Numbered from the whole stretch's first letter, positions 49,491-61,403 are shown. The stretch: DNA of 61,403 nucleotides, filler included, from Sphacelaria rigidula (GCA_964200075.2; 7 parts of 7 records of this genome joined end to end with filler, not necessarily neighbours in it), one strand, 5' to 3'. Translations and numbers: made by a program. The notes: generated by a model not told the origin, from the sequence alone.

Positions 49491-50947
49491 ACAATATGGC
49501 CCGGAATCCAATTTCAATAAATTAATCATGTCAAATGATGAGATGGATTGTGCTGGTTAGCGCAGGGTGGTGATGACGGATGTCCAAAGGATCAATGACT
49601 TTTCAATTGAAAGCTTGCTACAGTTGGATGTATGCTCAGCTGGCGGAGCTATCAAACAGAAGTGTACAAATAGAGAGAGTAAGCAGAACAATAGTTGTTA
49701 AGTACACTCAGGGGAGACCCACGTATAGTCTCCTTGATCCTGAGGCTCAATCACCACAGAAGGGTATACTTGAAGTCTATCAGACGCTGGCGAAGTCTCG
49801 ATTAGTCCTCTGCTTTACTGCTGGGGCCTTGGGGCGATGAGAGAGTGTCCGAAAGGGGGTGTGCATCGGCCTGTCAGCCAGTTCCCGGACATGTCTCCAC
49901 TCAAAGTCATAACTCTGGAACGTAGCTACGCAACTTCAAATAAGCTTACGTGTATATCTACCGTTGAACTCCGATAATTCCACGTCATCCTATACGGTAG
50001 CGACCAACTACGCACGTATGAACCAACAGCTGGCTCGTGGGGCATCTAAAAGCCGCTGAAATATTCGCCAAAGATATACAACTCTAGTACCCGCCGGCCT
50101 GTGTGCCCAGACGTACAACTCTAGTACCTGCAAAGTACTCATCACATGGCATATGCCTCTCATGGTTGAAGCACTCGCAGACTATGACAAGAGGCGAGAG
50201 TGCGTCATCCATGCCTTCTCCTGCACCACAAAAAATGTAGACCAACACTCTCAATCGTTGAATTTGGGCACATGAGGGTGCACGGTACTCAAAAAAGACA
50301 GATGCGAAGGCACTACATGTACAGGCAATACCATGACTACTCGATCACGAAATCGACCCGGAGGATCGGAGAAAAAGCACAATAAAAAATGAGACTCATT
50401 CGGAAGCCAGTTTTCTTCGGCACGGGAGACGATAAGGTACGACCAAAACAAAACAAAAAACAAAAAAGAGAAAACACACACACACACAAAACACAAAAAT
50501 CAAGGCAAAAGAAGAAATATAGAACCGATACAAGAATACATTGTCCTCGAATTCCGGGAGCATCTCAGGGGGAATCATGGACAATAAAAAAATAAACATA
50601 AAAAATCAAACCGATATACCCTAAAATGCGGTGTCCTCAAAAAGCCGTGAGCACTTTCGGGACAGTCACGGGAAATCCAAGGCCCATCATTAAAACGATC
50701 ATCATACCCTGCCATAACTATATCATGAAAATAAGAGTTCACTCTTTTCCACATGTCCGATTCGTTCCAGTTCATTGGTCGAAAAACAATCAAACCCGCC
50801 AAGGCATTATATCACTCCGATAACCAATTTCATGCTAATCACTCATGGAAGTCAAACCAGCAAGAGCCAACAACGTACAGCCGATTTCGTCGCGAAAAAG
50901 GTGGTTTCCCGCGAAAACCATACGTTGAAAAACCCCCAAAATTCGCA

Positions 50948-51700
50948 TGATACGGACAAATCAACCCGGTTGGCGTGAGTTAACCGTCGGTACATGTTCG
51001 TGAGAGCAACGTCTTGCTATGGACGTCTGGGTGATGATCCAGTCGTACAACATTTTTTTTTCTTCCTCTTCTCACACGACGAGATACGGAAACAACCGGC
51101 TGGTTTGTGAGGTCGGGTATCCGTACACGTAAAAAGAAACGTAATTGAGTCGATACACAACCATCGGGGCTACTACGTAGTTCCGAGGCGGATCGCCCAA
51201 CACATTACTGAACCACGGCAACACACGGGACAGGAAGGACCAACGCAGTCCACCCCTCACGGTATCTGTCTGTTCGGACTAAAACGAGACTGGCTCGAAC
51301 ACACACTGGAGTAAAAACCACAGCCGGTCGTACGGTCACGTTACTTCGTCTAATATTCCCTGATAGAAACAAAACACCACCGACCGATTTCATGGGCGGG
51401 TAACCGTACGCGAAAAACTGGTGTAAGCAGTGACAAGAAAATAGCGAGTGGCGGACTCTGAGTCTGTAGGCTGTACCAATGGTCGAATATCGACATGGCG
51501 GAACAGTCTGTTCCAGAAGAGCAATCTATACTATCATGATACGCAATGGTCCTGTATGAGGAGACGTTTGCAACCAATTATACGACGACTTCAATGACAA
51601 TTCCTCAACATCGTTACGTACGACGCGGTCAGTGGTGATACGGACAAATCAACCCGGTTGACGTGAGTTAACTGTCGGTTCATGTTCGTGAGAGCAACGT
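50948..51700 (+). repeat. 65-bp direct repeats (50948-51012 and 51636-51700)
   Basis: TGATACGGACAAATCAACCCGGTTG.CGTGAGTTAAC.GTCGGT.CATGTTCGTGAGAGCAACGT, 3 mismatches. Confidence 0.85.
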
Positions 51701-52618
51701 TGCGTCGCATCACACGTGGCTCTTCCTGTAAACGAGGTCGATCGGTCGCACGTGTGTAGGACTCGCAGAAAAGTAGGCCAAGTGTTCTACATCCGAGGAT
51801 CAGGAACGGTGGAACACTCATTGCGAAATACCCGATATATAGAAGCAAAACCAAAATCAAAACAAATACAAAACCAGGGGTACGCTTGACAACAGCGAAG
51901 CAAAATAACTGTAAAATGAAGCCGAAAAATAGCACGTGGCGACCGTGCCTGTACACGAAAGCGGTTGTCGCGTGTACGAAGCATGTAGGGTCAAGTTTTT
52001 CAGCCAAGGAGGTGAAAACACCTCGCACTCTCGACTTCGGTTACTACCGCCCATGATAACATAAAATCCAACGTGAAACGCACACAACAGAAGACATGTC
52101 ACGACCGATCCCGAAGACGGAGGCGGTATTTGTGTATGGAGCGATTGTATAAGAGCGCAACAAATCCAGACTGGGGGGTCAAGTATGTCTAGCGCTTGCC
52201 CCGGAAACTCTCGACCGATAGGACAAAAATAAAAGAACAACAAACAAGACAAAAGGCGCGCGGAACAACGAAAGAAAAGAGAACACCTCATGTCGACCGT
52301 CCCAGTATACGGAATGGTCGTGAGTGTACGGCGCGAAGGACGAAGGTTAAAATGTTCCAGACTCGAGCTCAGGAATGTTTATGGAACGGTCGTCACGGAA
52401 TACGCTGATATATGAACCGAGAATATATATATATATATATATATTTTATAACAAATAAGAACCACAAAAAAAGAGAAAACAGAACAAAACAAAACGACAA
52501 AAAAACAAAAACAAAGCACAAATAGAAGATCCGAGGCCAAACATAAATACAGAGTACCAAATACAACCACTACAAGTACGGGACTAAGCAGTACGGGGGA
52601 AAAAATGAAACTCAAGGG

Positions 52619-52718
52619 NNNNNNNNNNNNNNNNNNNNNNNNNNNNNNNNNNNNNNNNNNNNTTAATTAATTAANNNNNNNNNNNNNNNNNNNNNNNNNN
52701 NNNNNNNNNNNNNNNNNN
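52619..52718. other. Artificial contig-joining linker
   Basis: 44N-TTAATTAATTAA-44N. Confidence 0.98.
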
Positions 52719-52766
52719 CATGTACTCATCGGTTCATCTTCCCGCCCCCCAATCTTTTTTTTTTTT

Positions 52767-52797
<31 letters not shown>

Positions 52798-53132
52798 GGG
52801 GTCGTAGAAAGTGTCACTATATGCACGTAACGCTTGCTAAAACCATATTTCCCAGTGTATTAGAATAGGACAAAGTTGTGCAAACACACATATAGCATGA
52901 AGGAAAAGCTCACGGAAGGCTTAACCGTGTTTTTCGGCAAACACAGGACAGACAGTCCCAGGGGAGTCGAGCAAGTGCATCATTCATTTTGATCCAGTGA
53001 CTGATTGATTGCGGCACACGAATGCAGCCGCCCGCGGCCAAAAGTCAGACGTACGCAAGCAAGGTACAAGAAACGGAAAGCCACGCGCAAGGAAACTCGA
53101 GAAAAGGGGGGGAAACATGATGAAGAAAAAAA

Positions 53133-53169
<37 letters not shown>

Positions 53170-53256
53170 AAAAGCGAACTGAAAATAAACGGAGAAAAAG
53201 GCAAACAAAACAATAACGGATGTGGGAGCGAACAAACACGACTACATCATGTTTAC

Positions 53257-53424
53257 CTCCTTTTCCTGCGGTTGCGATGATCCTGCCGCCGCCGCCGGCG
53301 CTGCTGACTCTACATCCATCCCTGTCGCCGGGGCTTCAGCATCAGCCTCGGTAGCGACAAGCTGCATCTGTCCTCTTTCATCGCCCTGTCCTCCAGGGTT
53401 CATCTCTGCAGCTTTACGCTTGTT
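53257..53424 (-). CDS. EsV-1-7-like motif protein, exon 5 of those visible (NKRKAAEM...QPQEKE)
   Basis: ACTCAG|AAC...GAG|GTAAAC, 56 codons, phase 0-0. Confidence 0.75.
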
Positions 53425-54944
53425 CTGAGTGCAAGCAAAAAAAAAAACAAGAAGCAGGAGAAAATGAAATGAACCGAACCGAACCAAACCGAACCAAAAC
53501 ACACACACACACCTATCACGAATAGACTAGTGAACCAAAACAGAACCAAAAAAGATCACACAAAGGTAGGCTTGTAACAGTGACAAAACCAATGTGATTC
53601 CCGTAATGCTGGACACACACACCTCCAAGGCGCGGTGGAGTAGCAGTCGGACGGGGGGGAAGAATAATGACCATGCTTGCGAAACATGCTCCAAAGCTAC
53701 ATTGTTCATTGCTATGTGGACAACGGCCAAAATGAGGCAAACAATGTCGTGATATGGGCCGGCGATGCATGATTGCATTTATTCCCCACATGATATACAC
53801 ACAGGATGTTGTTATCAGATGACAATGTATAGGAGTAGTGGGATGGGGTGGGTGAGCCGATGTAAACCCCTTCACTTTTGCAGTTTGACTGCAATGTATA
53901 AACTATTCTCCAGTGAGGTCAATATGCCAACAATACGAACGATTGTGCCTCCTTAACCCTTACTTAGACCGCGAGGTTAGGTCAACTGCTAAAGCGGCAT
54001 CAATTATCACTTGAAGTATGCGTGATCCAGATGGACTACCCGCACCGCGGTCCAAGGGTAAAATATCCCAAAAATCATCACGATCAAGGAATTGATGCGG
54101 CAACCCAGCACCCATTTCACAATCATGTACAACACCCCGAAAGCGGAACAAGACTTTTCTAGAATATACAAACGATAACCAGTAAAAAAAAAAAAACACA
54201 CACACACACATGCACACCGACTTGTGCTGTCAGGGGTGACGAATCAAATGCGACTCTTACGCGAACTGAACAGTTGATAAAAGTGGCCGAATACTTTACC
54301 AAATACGCAAACATTTGATGAAAGACTAGCGCTTGGAATCGTCCTGGGGAACGGAAAAAAAAGTGCGCATACAGCGATCCGATCTTGAAAAGCGGTATAT
54401 ATTCGAATACTACACATACAATACCCATCCAGTACAGTGATCACGTCAATCCGCCGCAAAATCCGGCAGATATGCGGATCCATGCAGTGGACGATCGATT
54501 GATAAATTGATTGGTTGAAGCGCCTGATGACATGAACTGCTCCCCGAGGAAGGGTGGCATGGCCATTATCCACAACATGGACGTGCGTAAGCAGAGAAAA
54601 TATAGTAGACGCAATGGCTGAAGGAAACTTGAGCAGTGGGCCAAAATAAACAACATGGATATGAATATTTCATAGGCTGAACAGCATGTGGTCAATAGAT
54701 GCAATAGGCCTATACTTCACCCAGAGTACATTTTTCGTCTATTACATATGTTGACCACGTGTTGTCATCACCCAGAGTGTGGTATATTTATATTGATCAG
54801 TATCCAGGATATGGTATATTTATATTATATGTGGAAGGAATAATGTGAGATAATCAATCAATCAATCAATCAAGTTGTGGTGCTGCTGGAAAGGCGAGTC
54901 AACGTCTATGACCGCGGGTTCGATAGATCGGGCCAATGTGCGGG

Positions 54945-55195
54945 AGTAATGATAATAATGACCATAATGACAGTGACATTGAGAATGACAACGACAACGA
55001 CAACAAGAATGAGGATGAGAATGACGTTGATAGTGATACCAATAACGATAACGAAGGAGAAGATGAAGGTGAAGATGACGATGACGATGACAATGACGAC
55101 AATGATATGATACGATACGATAATACACAATACATACATACATACATACATACATACATACATAAATGAATAAATACACACATACATACATATAC
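54945..55195. repeat. Degenerate (GAY/AAY)n then (ATAC)n microsatellites, intronic
   Basis: Directly visible simple repeats. Confidence 0.85.
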
Positions 55196-55332
55196 GTTCA
55201 TTAGATGCTACCTTGAATAACCTACTAATCTACATTTACATAACTGACTCCGAGATGATGCATGTCTAAGTGTATTTACATTTCATCTCGCTCGCTCGAA
55301 ACACAAGTATAAACCCTGTACGAGGCACCCAC

Positions 55333-55485
55333 CGTTCCACCACCCACGGGAGCAGCTGCGACGGGGGCCGCAGAGGGAGCAGCAGGCACGTGGCGCGTGT
55401 CAGTCGCGAGTTCGTGCATACCCTCCTCGGAGTGAGACAGGCAGTGCGTGGGAATGTGACCTGGCCCGGGGTGTCCGAAGGTCGC
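55333..55485 (-). CDS. EsV-1-7-like motif protein, exon 4 (ATFGHPGPGHIPTHCLSHSEEGM...)
   Basis: CAACAG|GCG...ACG|GTGGGT, 51 codons, phase 0-0. Completes a C-x4-C-x17-C-x2-H motif with the preceding exon. Confidence 0.75.
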
Positions 55486-55769
55486 CTGTTGCGATTGCGA
55501 CCGGTCACATGGCACGCGGATGCATGATTCAGTTCACGACCACTAGCTATTTACGCTGTACAATGGTATAACAGCTGCTGCGGTCTTCAGACGAAAATAA
55601 CGGTACAATACTCCCTGAAAACAGAGGACTCAAAAAGTTGTTGGCACATGTCCAAGAAGCACCCTCCCATGTTGTAAAAATCGCGACAACATGAGAACAG
55701 CTGCCGAACACATATACGCCCCTCCACCTCATATCCCCATATCCCGCCAAACACAACCTTCATTCTCAC

Positions 55770-56696
55770 CGGCGCGACACAGTCACCGACAGCACACTTG
55801 GCCCCAACAAGAGCAGCGGTAGCAATCCCCAGCACCTCACCAACCCCGCCAACCCCCACTCCGACCCCGTCCATCATCCCCGAGCCCCCCATCCCAACCA
55901 TATTACCGCCGATGCCGTCAACCACCCGCGTCGGCGACACGCCGCCGGAGCCCCCACCCATCACGTCACCAAACACACCAATGGGCGCCACCGACGCCGG
56001 CCCGGCGGCCGCGAGAGGGGTCACTCCGACGGCCGACATGGTAGCCTCGGCGTCGGGCATACCTGCCGATGTTCCACCCGCTGATGACGGCGACCCCGGG
56101 CCCGGCAGGGGCGTTGTCGCCGCCGACGCGGGTTCGAACGCGGCGGTCGCCGCGGCGGTCGGGGCTGTCCCGACCACCGCATTGTGGGCATGCGCCAGCG
56201 ACGGCTGCGTGTGGAAGGCATCGGCGACAGCCGCCGTGGTGGTATCGGCGGTCGCTGCTGCTGCGATGGAAGCAGCGGTCGGCATCGGGTCGTTGGCTGT
56301 TGTAGCCATGTGGACGGGCATCAGGGTATTGCCATGGTGTTGTTGATGATGAAGATGATGATGATGCTGTTGTTGGTGTTGTTGGTGTTGTTGGTGGTCA
56401 TGACTGTGGTTGTTGTACTCGTTGTCGGGTGTGGTAGATTCAGACACCACCGGTGGTGTCGGGGAGGAGGAGGACTGCGCGGACAAAGACGCCATGAGCT
56501 CGTTGGAGTAGGCTTGGTAGGCGGCCGAGTCTGCGAAGGATGGAGCTGGGGGAGAGGAGGCTGCGGCTGCAGCTGCGGCGGCTGCGGCGGCTGCGGCTAC
56601 TGTCGTTGCGGTTGCTACTGCACTCGTTGTGAACTGAGTTTGTAAGGGTTGCATTGGGAGGGGGGCGGCGGGGGGGAGGGGGAGAACGGGCAAAAC
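55770..56696 (-). CDS. EsV-1-7-like motif protein, exon 3 (Ala/Pro/His/Gln/Gly-rich, ends KCAVGDCVAP)
   Basis: GTGAAG|GTT...CCG|GTGAGA, 309 codons, within the 378-aa ORF. Confidence 0.78.
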
Positions 56697-57267
56697 CTTC
56701 ACGCGCGTGTCATCAGAGCACAACTTGTACCAACTTCAAATAAATGTCAGATAGATACAGTATGGTTTATGTCGGCAAATGGGTGTTGTCAGGGGAGAAA
56801 AAGATACTAAAAGGTGTGCGGTTTCGAGGCGATGCAGACCGACTCTGGGTAGAGAACCCCTGTGTTCCGGAGCACTTCGCCTGTTACGAAGTAGAGTGGC
56901 CCACGATATGATGTCCACAGACGACCCCCGAGTATCGATCATCTTTCATCCTGGCTCACGAGGACCGTTCAGATTTGTCACGTGACCTGGGCGTCCCGAG
57001 ACAAGAAAACCAGCTAAACGTGCGACAAAAGGATCACTTGCCATCAGGCCTGCGGTGTGAAGAGCTCAGTCAAATAAGTATACCCTTGCAACGCAGCACA
57101 CAAAAAAAAAGACGATGGCCGATGGCTGACTGAACTCTTGATCTTCACTCAGCACGGTTGCAACGATCGCAGCACATGGAACAATTTCCCAATATCACAC
57201 CATGGCCGCCAGCCAGCGCACACACTTGTTACCATAACACATGGTCATTATCCAGTATCAAGCAGAC

Positions 57268-57377
57268 CACACCCTGGATAATGACAAGATATGGTCAATA
57301 GTTGCAATAGGCCTACACTTCACGCAGTACATTTTGTGTCTATATTCAACCATTGACCATATATTGTCCAGGGTGTG
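57268..57377. mobile_element. Small MITE, ~110 bp
   Basis: CACACCCTGGA...ATATGGTCAA pairs with TTGACCATAT...TCCAGGGTGTG; related copy at ~54685-54782. Confidence 0.6.
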
Positions 57378-57526
57378 CAGGAAACACGCGCTCAACAAAA
57401 CCACCACCACCAACTAACAACAGCAACAACAACAACAACAACAACAACAACAGCAACAGCTTCACACACCAAGACGCCCCTACCCACCCACCCACCCACA
57501 CCCGCATACATTCCACAACTCCTCAC

Positions 57527-57983
57527 CTGCGGTTGCGAGGTCATGGTACCCCCAGAACCCTGCATCGGCAAATCCGGAGCCCGCCGGCGCTTCTTCGCCG
57601 GCCCTGACTCTCCCCCCATGAAAACGCCCCCCATCCCCGACCCCGACCGACCCAGATGCTCCATCCCAATCCCTGGTAACGTAGACGGCAACGGAGGGGC
57701 AGGGACCGCAAAGCCCCCGCCAGCGCTAGCCGGCGGCGCCGCGGAATGGGCCCCCAGCGCGTAGCCCATGAAGCTACCGGGAGCCGCGGAATGCGCCGCA
57801 AAGCTGGGGTTGACACCGGACGCGGCTGCGGCTGCTGCGGCGGCGGCAGCGGAGGTCGCCGCCGCTAAATCGTCCTCGGGTATCCCTGAGAATGCCAGAG
57901 TAAGCTCTGCGGGGGTGATGCTGGACGGGCCCATGTCTTCGTTGGTGAACGGGGGGACGATCGGCGCGGTGCTGGCTGAAAGC
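57527..57983 (-). CDS. EsV-1-7-like motif protein, exon 2 (contains NLS-like PAKKRRR)
   Basis: CCTCAG|G...CAG|GTGAGG, phase 2-0, within the 242-aa ORF. Confidence 0.8.
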
Positions 57984-58794
57984 CTGAGGTGGCGGCGGTT
58001 CAAGATGGAGAGTAGATCGGGCGGGCGGGCGGGAGGAGAGGGGGAGGGGACATACCGGTTTGATATTGTTTTGCTGATGATCCTTTCAATCTCTCTTTTT
58101 CCTCGGAGTGAGTCCGTCATCTCAAATCACTATCAACCTAAATCTTCCCCGGTAAGTGCATGCTGATGTGGTATCGCTGATGGGATCTGCACCCCTGCAC
58201 CGCGTCAATTTTGGTGGGGGGCGGGGGGGGGGGGGGGGTGCTGCTCTAAACATCACGTTTTCCCCGACAGAAAGGGAATACCCCTTCAAAAAAAAACCAA
58301 ANNNNNNNNNNGCGTGTGCGTGTTTTGGGTTTTTTGTGTGTGTAGGTGGCACCGATGCCGCGGTCCTATTTTGGGGGGGGGGGGGGGGGGGGGGGATGCT
58401 GCTCATAACATCACGTTTTCACCGACAGAAATGAGATACGCCTTCAACAAAAAACCCAATTGAATCCGAGGAGATTTGAACCTTGGGCTTCCGCCTTACC
58501 GGGTTCAGTTGTCAAACCTAGACCTCCCGGGCGCAAAACTGAAGTAAATAAAAATAAGGATGGTTGAACCCCTTCAATTTCACACACACACACACCCCGC
58601 CCCCCCCCCTCGCCCCCCCCGATTTCGGTGTGCAATCACTGACTTTCACAGGTGCTGTGGCATTTCTTCGTTTTCATCGAATGTGCAGAGCAATCTGGGC
58701 GCGCGCATCTCGTTCCCTCCCAGCTTACTCAGCTGCGAACAACAGCATTCGCCCATAGTACAGTAAGGTATAGTCGTGTGCAGTACTCGTACTG

Positions 58795-58995
58795 TTCAGT
58801 TCGGTTCGGTTCGGCTCAGTTCAGTTCAGTTCAGTTCAGTTCAGTTCAGTTCAGTTCAGTTCAGTTCAGTTCAGTTCAGTTCAGTTCAGTACAGTACAGT
58901 ACAGTACAGTACAGTACAGTACAGTACAGTACAGTACAGTACAGTACAGTACAGTACACTGCAGCACAGTACAGCACAGCACAGCACAGCACAGC
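58795..58995. repeat. Compound pentanucleotide microsatellite (TTCGG, TTCAG, TACAG, CACAG)
   Basis: Directly visible. Confidence 0.95.
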
Positions 58996-59067
58996 CGCAG
59001 GGTAGAAAGGCAGCACAGAAGCAAGGCAGCACCGCAGCGCAGCAACAACGTCCCATTCTCGACTCAC

Positions 59068-59201
59068 ATTTCGCGGTTGTTGAGGGCATTGTTGGAAGCG
59101 GCGGCGGCAGCCTCCGCGCTCCTCGCCTGAGCGGCCATGGCTTCAATGGCAGCGTGTGCAACCATCTCTTGCCTTCGCTGCTTCTCCTCCACACTCAGGG
59201 C
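59068..59201 (-). CDS. EsV-1-7-like motif protein, exon 1 of those visible (ALSVEEKQRRQEMVAHAAIEAM...)
   Basis: GCGCAG|GCC...AT|GTGAGT, phase 0-2, compatible with the next exon. This frame is not in the ORF track. Confidence 0.75.
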
Positions 59202-59686
59202 CTGCGCCCGCCACCCATCCGCGAAAAACATCGCCCCAAACAAACAATCTCAACTTTAGATAGAGTAAAAAAAGGGGCAAATGAAACAATCGCATGAACA
59301 TGTGTGCCGTAAGGTGCACAAATTCTCCAACACCTCACCGTCGGTCCCGCAAATGTAGCAGCAGCTACCATGAATAGAGTGACCGACGGGTCTGACCAAC
59401 CATGGAATGCGGGATGCTATGCCGCGGGGTTAGTTGATAGTTGGTCTCTTCGGAGCCAAACCTCCTCAGACGTACCTTACACAGACAACTGAATATATTA
59501 TGGTTGTATTCTGTAGGGTGGAGTATACCAGGATGCGGGGGATTTTTGGTGGGCATCCTGAACCATACCGACATATGTACAGAGCATTCGGTATGCTCCG
59601 ACAGGGTGTCGGTGTCGAGCCCTGTTCCTCACACTCCGTTTAAGTTCGGGAAAAAAAAGTATTTTCCGATGAAAATATCTCTTTTA

Positions 59687-60647
59687 GGCCGCTGCTCACG
59701 GCAGACAAAAAACAAAAACAAAAAAACTGTAGAAGTGCCTTTTTAGAGCTTTTACGTCACTTTACGCCCGAAAAGAGAGCTAGGCGGGTTTCGACACCTT
59801 AGAAATGAATTCCTTGCTGTGCGAGATTTGTCTCGACTTGACCGGTTTCCGAGAAAAAATAAGCGGTTGCCGGGAAAAATGTAGGTTTGGGCAAGAAAAA
59901 AACTGCGGTCGACGGAAAAAACGCACAGGTGTGTGCTGGAACCGTCTCAACAAGTATAGCAAGGTATTCATTCCAAGGTATCAAAATCTGCCTGGCTCTC
60001 TTTTCGGGCGTGAAACGTCGTTAACCCTTTTGGGACCGAACCCCCACTAACACAGGGTTGACCCCGTGTTTGTGAAATAATAAAAAATATGTTTTCGAGC
60101 GACCTGCCCAATCACGGCGAGGCGAAATNNNNNNNNNNGTGTGATGCCACTGCAAAGATCGTGTGGGAGCCCTATCCCTGGCCCAGATAAGCCTCTCCAG
60201 GTTTCCAAGTGCAGGATGGTCGCGGCTTGGTTTTATGGTATTACTTGCACTCAGTATACCGTTCCCGAGTTTTTCCGGCGTGTTTTTTGGTTCTAATTCT
60301 ATACTAAAACGTAGTAATTTACACCAACACAGGGTGGACCGGAAAAAAACGGGAAGGAGTGTACATGCCACCATGTGGTCAGCTCTTTACACTGCTTGCT
60401 ACATTAGATGTACACCACCTAATGCGCACCCTGCACCTGAAAATAGATTGGAACTTTCGGTTTTTGTCATAACCCTGCGGTTACATACGCAGATTTTCAG
60501 CAACACGCCTCTATTTCGTGCAGACGCTAGACACGTCATTCCTGACCAGCCTCATTGATCGTTCTGGAGGTCCGGTCCCAAAAGGGTCAAGGCTCCAAAA
60601 AGGCACTTTCCCAGATTTTTATTCTTGTCTGCCGTGAGGGACAGCCC
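59687..60647. mobile_element. Foldback MITE interrupted by a piggyBac-like MITE
   Basis: The left arm CTCACGGCAGACAA...AAGTGCCTTTTT.GAGC...ACGCCCGAAAAGAGAGC is mirrored by a right arm split at 60021-60590. Confidence 0.75.
60025..60586. mobile_element. piggyBac-like MITE (spans a 10-N gap)
   Basis: TTAA|CCCTTTTGGGACCG ... CGGTCCCAAAAGGG|TCAA; same TIR as 29858-30007. Confidence 0.78.
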
Positions 60648-60750
60648 TACACTTCTGTAAATGCCCGAATTGCAGACGATATACCCTCCAGCACAAAACC
60701 TTGGAAAAAAGGATGATGACAAATATTTTGATGTAGTGGTATGAGCCGGC

Positions 60751-61355
60751 GCGCCCCGGTGGTGTGAATTAAAATGCTCCAAGGATAGGTCGAGTAGAGT
60801 ATGTACTTTTGGGTGCTCGAGTAAAAAACTCAAGTATTTACTCTACTCAAATTTTGAGTACGTTGAGTACGGCCTCAAATACTCTACTCAAATTTTGGGT
60901 AGGTCGAGTACTACCTCAAATACTCTACTTAAATTTTGAGCAAGCACTCTCAGTAATACTTGAGTACAATATAGAGTATCACTTGAGTACGACCTCAATA
61001 ATCTACTCAAATTTCGAGTAGACTGAGTATGATCTCAGATACTCTACTCGAATTTTTGAGTAGGTTGAGTACGACCTCAAATACTCTACTCAACCTTCGA
61101 TTACTAAAAGTATGCCTCTTCAAAAAATTCCGAGTATTGAGTATACTATACTCGACCTACCCTTGAAATGCTCTGACACCAGTATGGTGGAAAGAACGCG
61201 GTCTTGGTTCCTGCCAGATGCGCTTGGGATTCTTGTCAAGAGTAGCTGATTATCATCGCTCGATAGTGCGAGGAGTGAGTAGAAATAAAAGCGTTCGCTT
61301 GACTGAGTTTGTTTGACGAGAGCAGACGGAGTGTGGGTGTGTTGTCGTCTCATTT
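60751..61355 (+). mobile_element. SINE family B copy interrupted by a hAT MITE
   Basis: After removing 60780-61173, the sequence GCCCCGGTGGTGT...TGACACCA..GGTGGA...GATGCG.TTGGG...GTGAGTA...GACTG.GTT.GT.TGACG.GAG aligns with 7615-7800. Confidence 0.6.
60780..61165. mobile_element. hAT-type MITE, 386 bp, 8-bp TSD
   Basis: TIRs CAAGGATAGGTCGAGTAGAGTAT and ATACTATACTCGACCTACCCTTG. Exact TSD AAATGCTC at 60772-60779 and 61166-61173. Interior is built of TACTC/GAGTA repeats. Confidence 0.9.
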
Positions 61356-61403
61356 ATTATGGGCGCCAGTCTACCCCTTTCGGGATATGTGGGCGCATCA
61401 GCC

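Noticed and set aside
8689..52718. Regularly spaced TTAATTAATTAA as a biological periodic repeat or array
   Set aside because: It is always embedded in N runs of fixed length; it is an assembly spacer.
54862..55201. Asp/Asn-rich, His-rich or hydrophobic ORFs
   Set aside because: They are translations of simple repeats in an intron.
55798..58166. Plus-strand ORFs opposite the low-complexity gene
   Set aside because: They are antisense shadows; splice signals support only the minus strand.
58652..59297. ORFs with VQFSS/VQYST or CTVLY repeats
   Set aside because: They are translations of a pentanucleotide microsatellite.
60800..61140. CRISPR-like or satellite array of TACTC/GAGTA units
   Set aside because: It is explained as the interior of a TIR element with an 8-bp TSD.

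Overview
Eukaryotic, repeat-rich DNA, most likely from a brown alga (Phaeophyceae). That assignment is an inference from long GT-AG introns with A/C-rich acceptors, TTAGGG-type repeats and an EsV-1-7-like motif. The window is not one locus: it is seven unrelated ~8.69-kb contigs joined by artificial 100-bp linkers (44N-TTAATTAATTAA-44N). It holds fragments of three spliced genes: an ATAD5/Elg1 clamp-unloader (6 exons, +), an A20/ZRANB1-type OTU deubiquitinase (2 exons, +) and a low-complexity protein with an EsV-1-7-like Cys/His motif (5 exons, -). It also holds one tRNA-Thr(CGT), a decayed Ty1/Copia element, a decayed Ty3/Gypsy element, LINE remnants, two tRNA-derived SINE families and many MITEs, several of them nested. 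The most unusual signal is a TIR-bounded MITE family carrying an internal telomere-like (CCCTAA)n tract, found on two independent contigs. No CRISPR array or prokaryotic system is supported.
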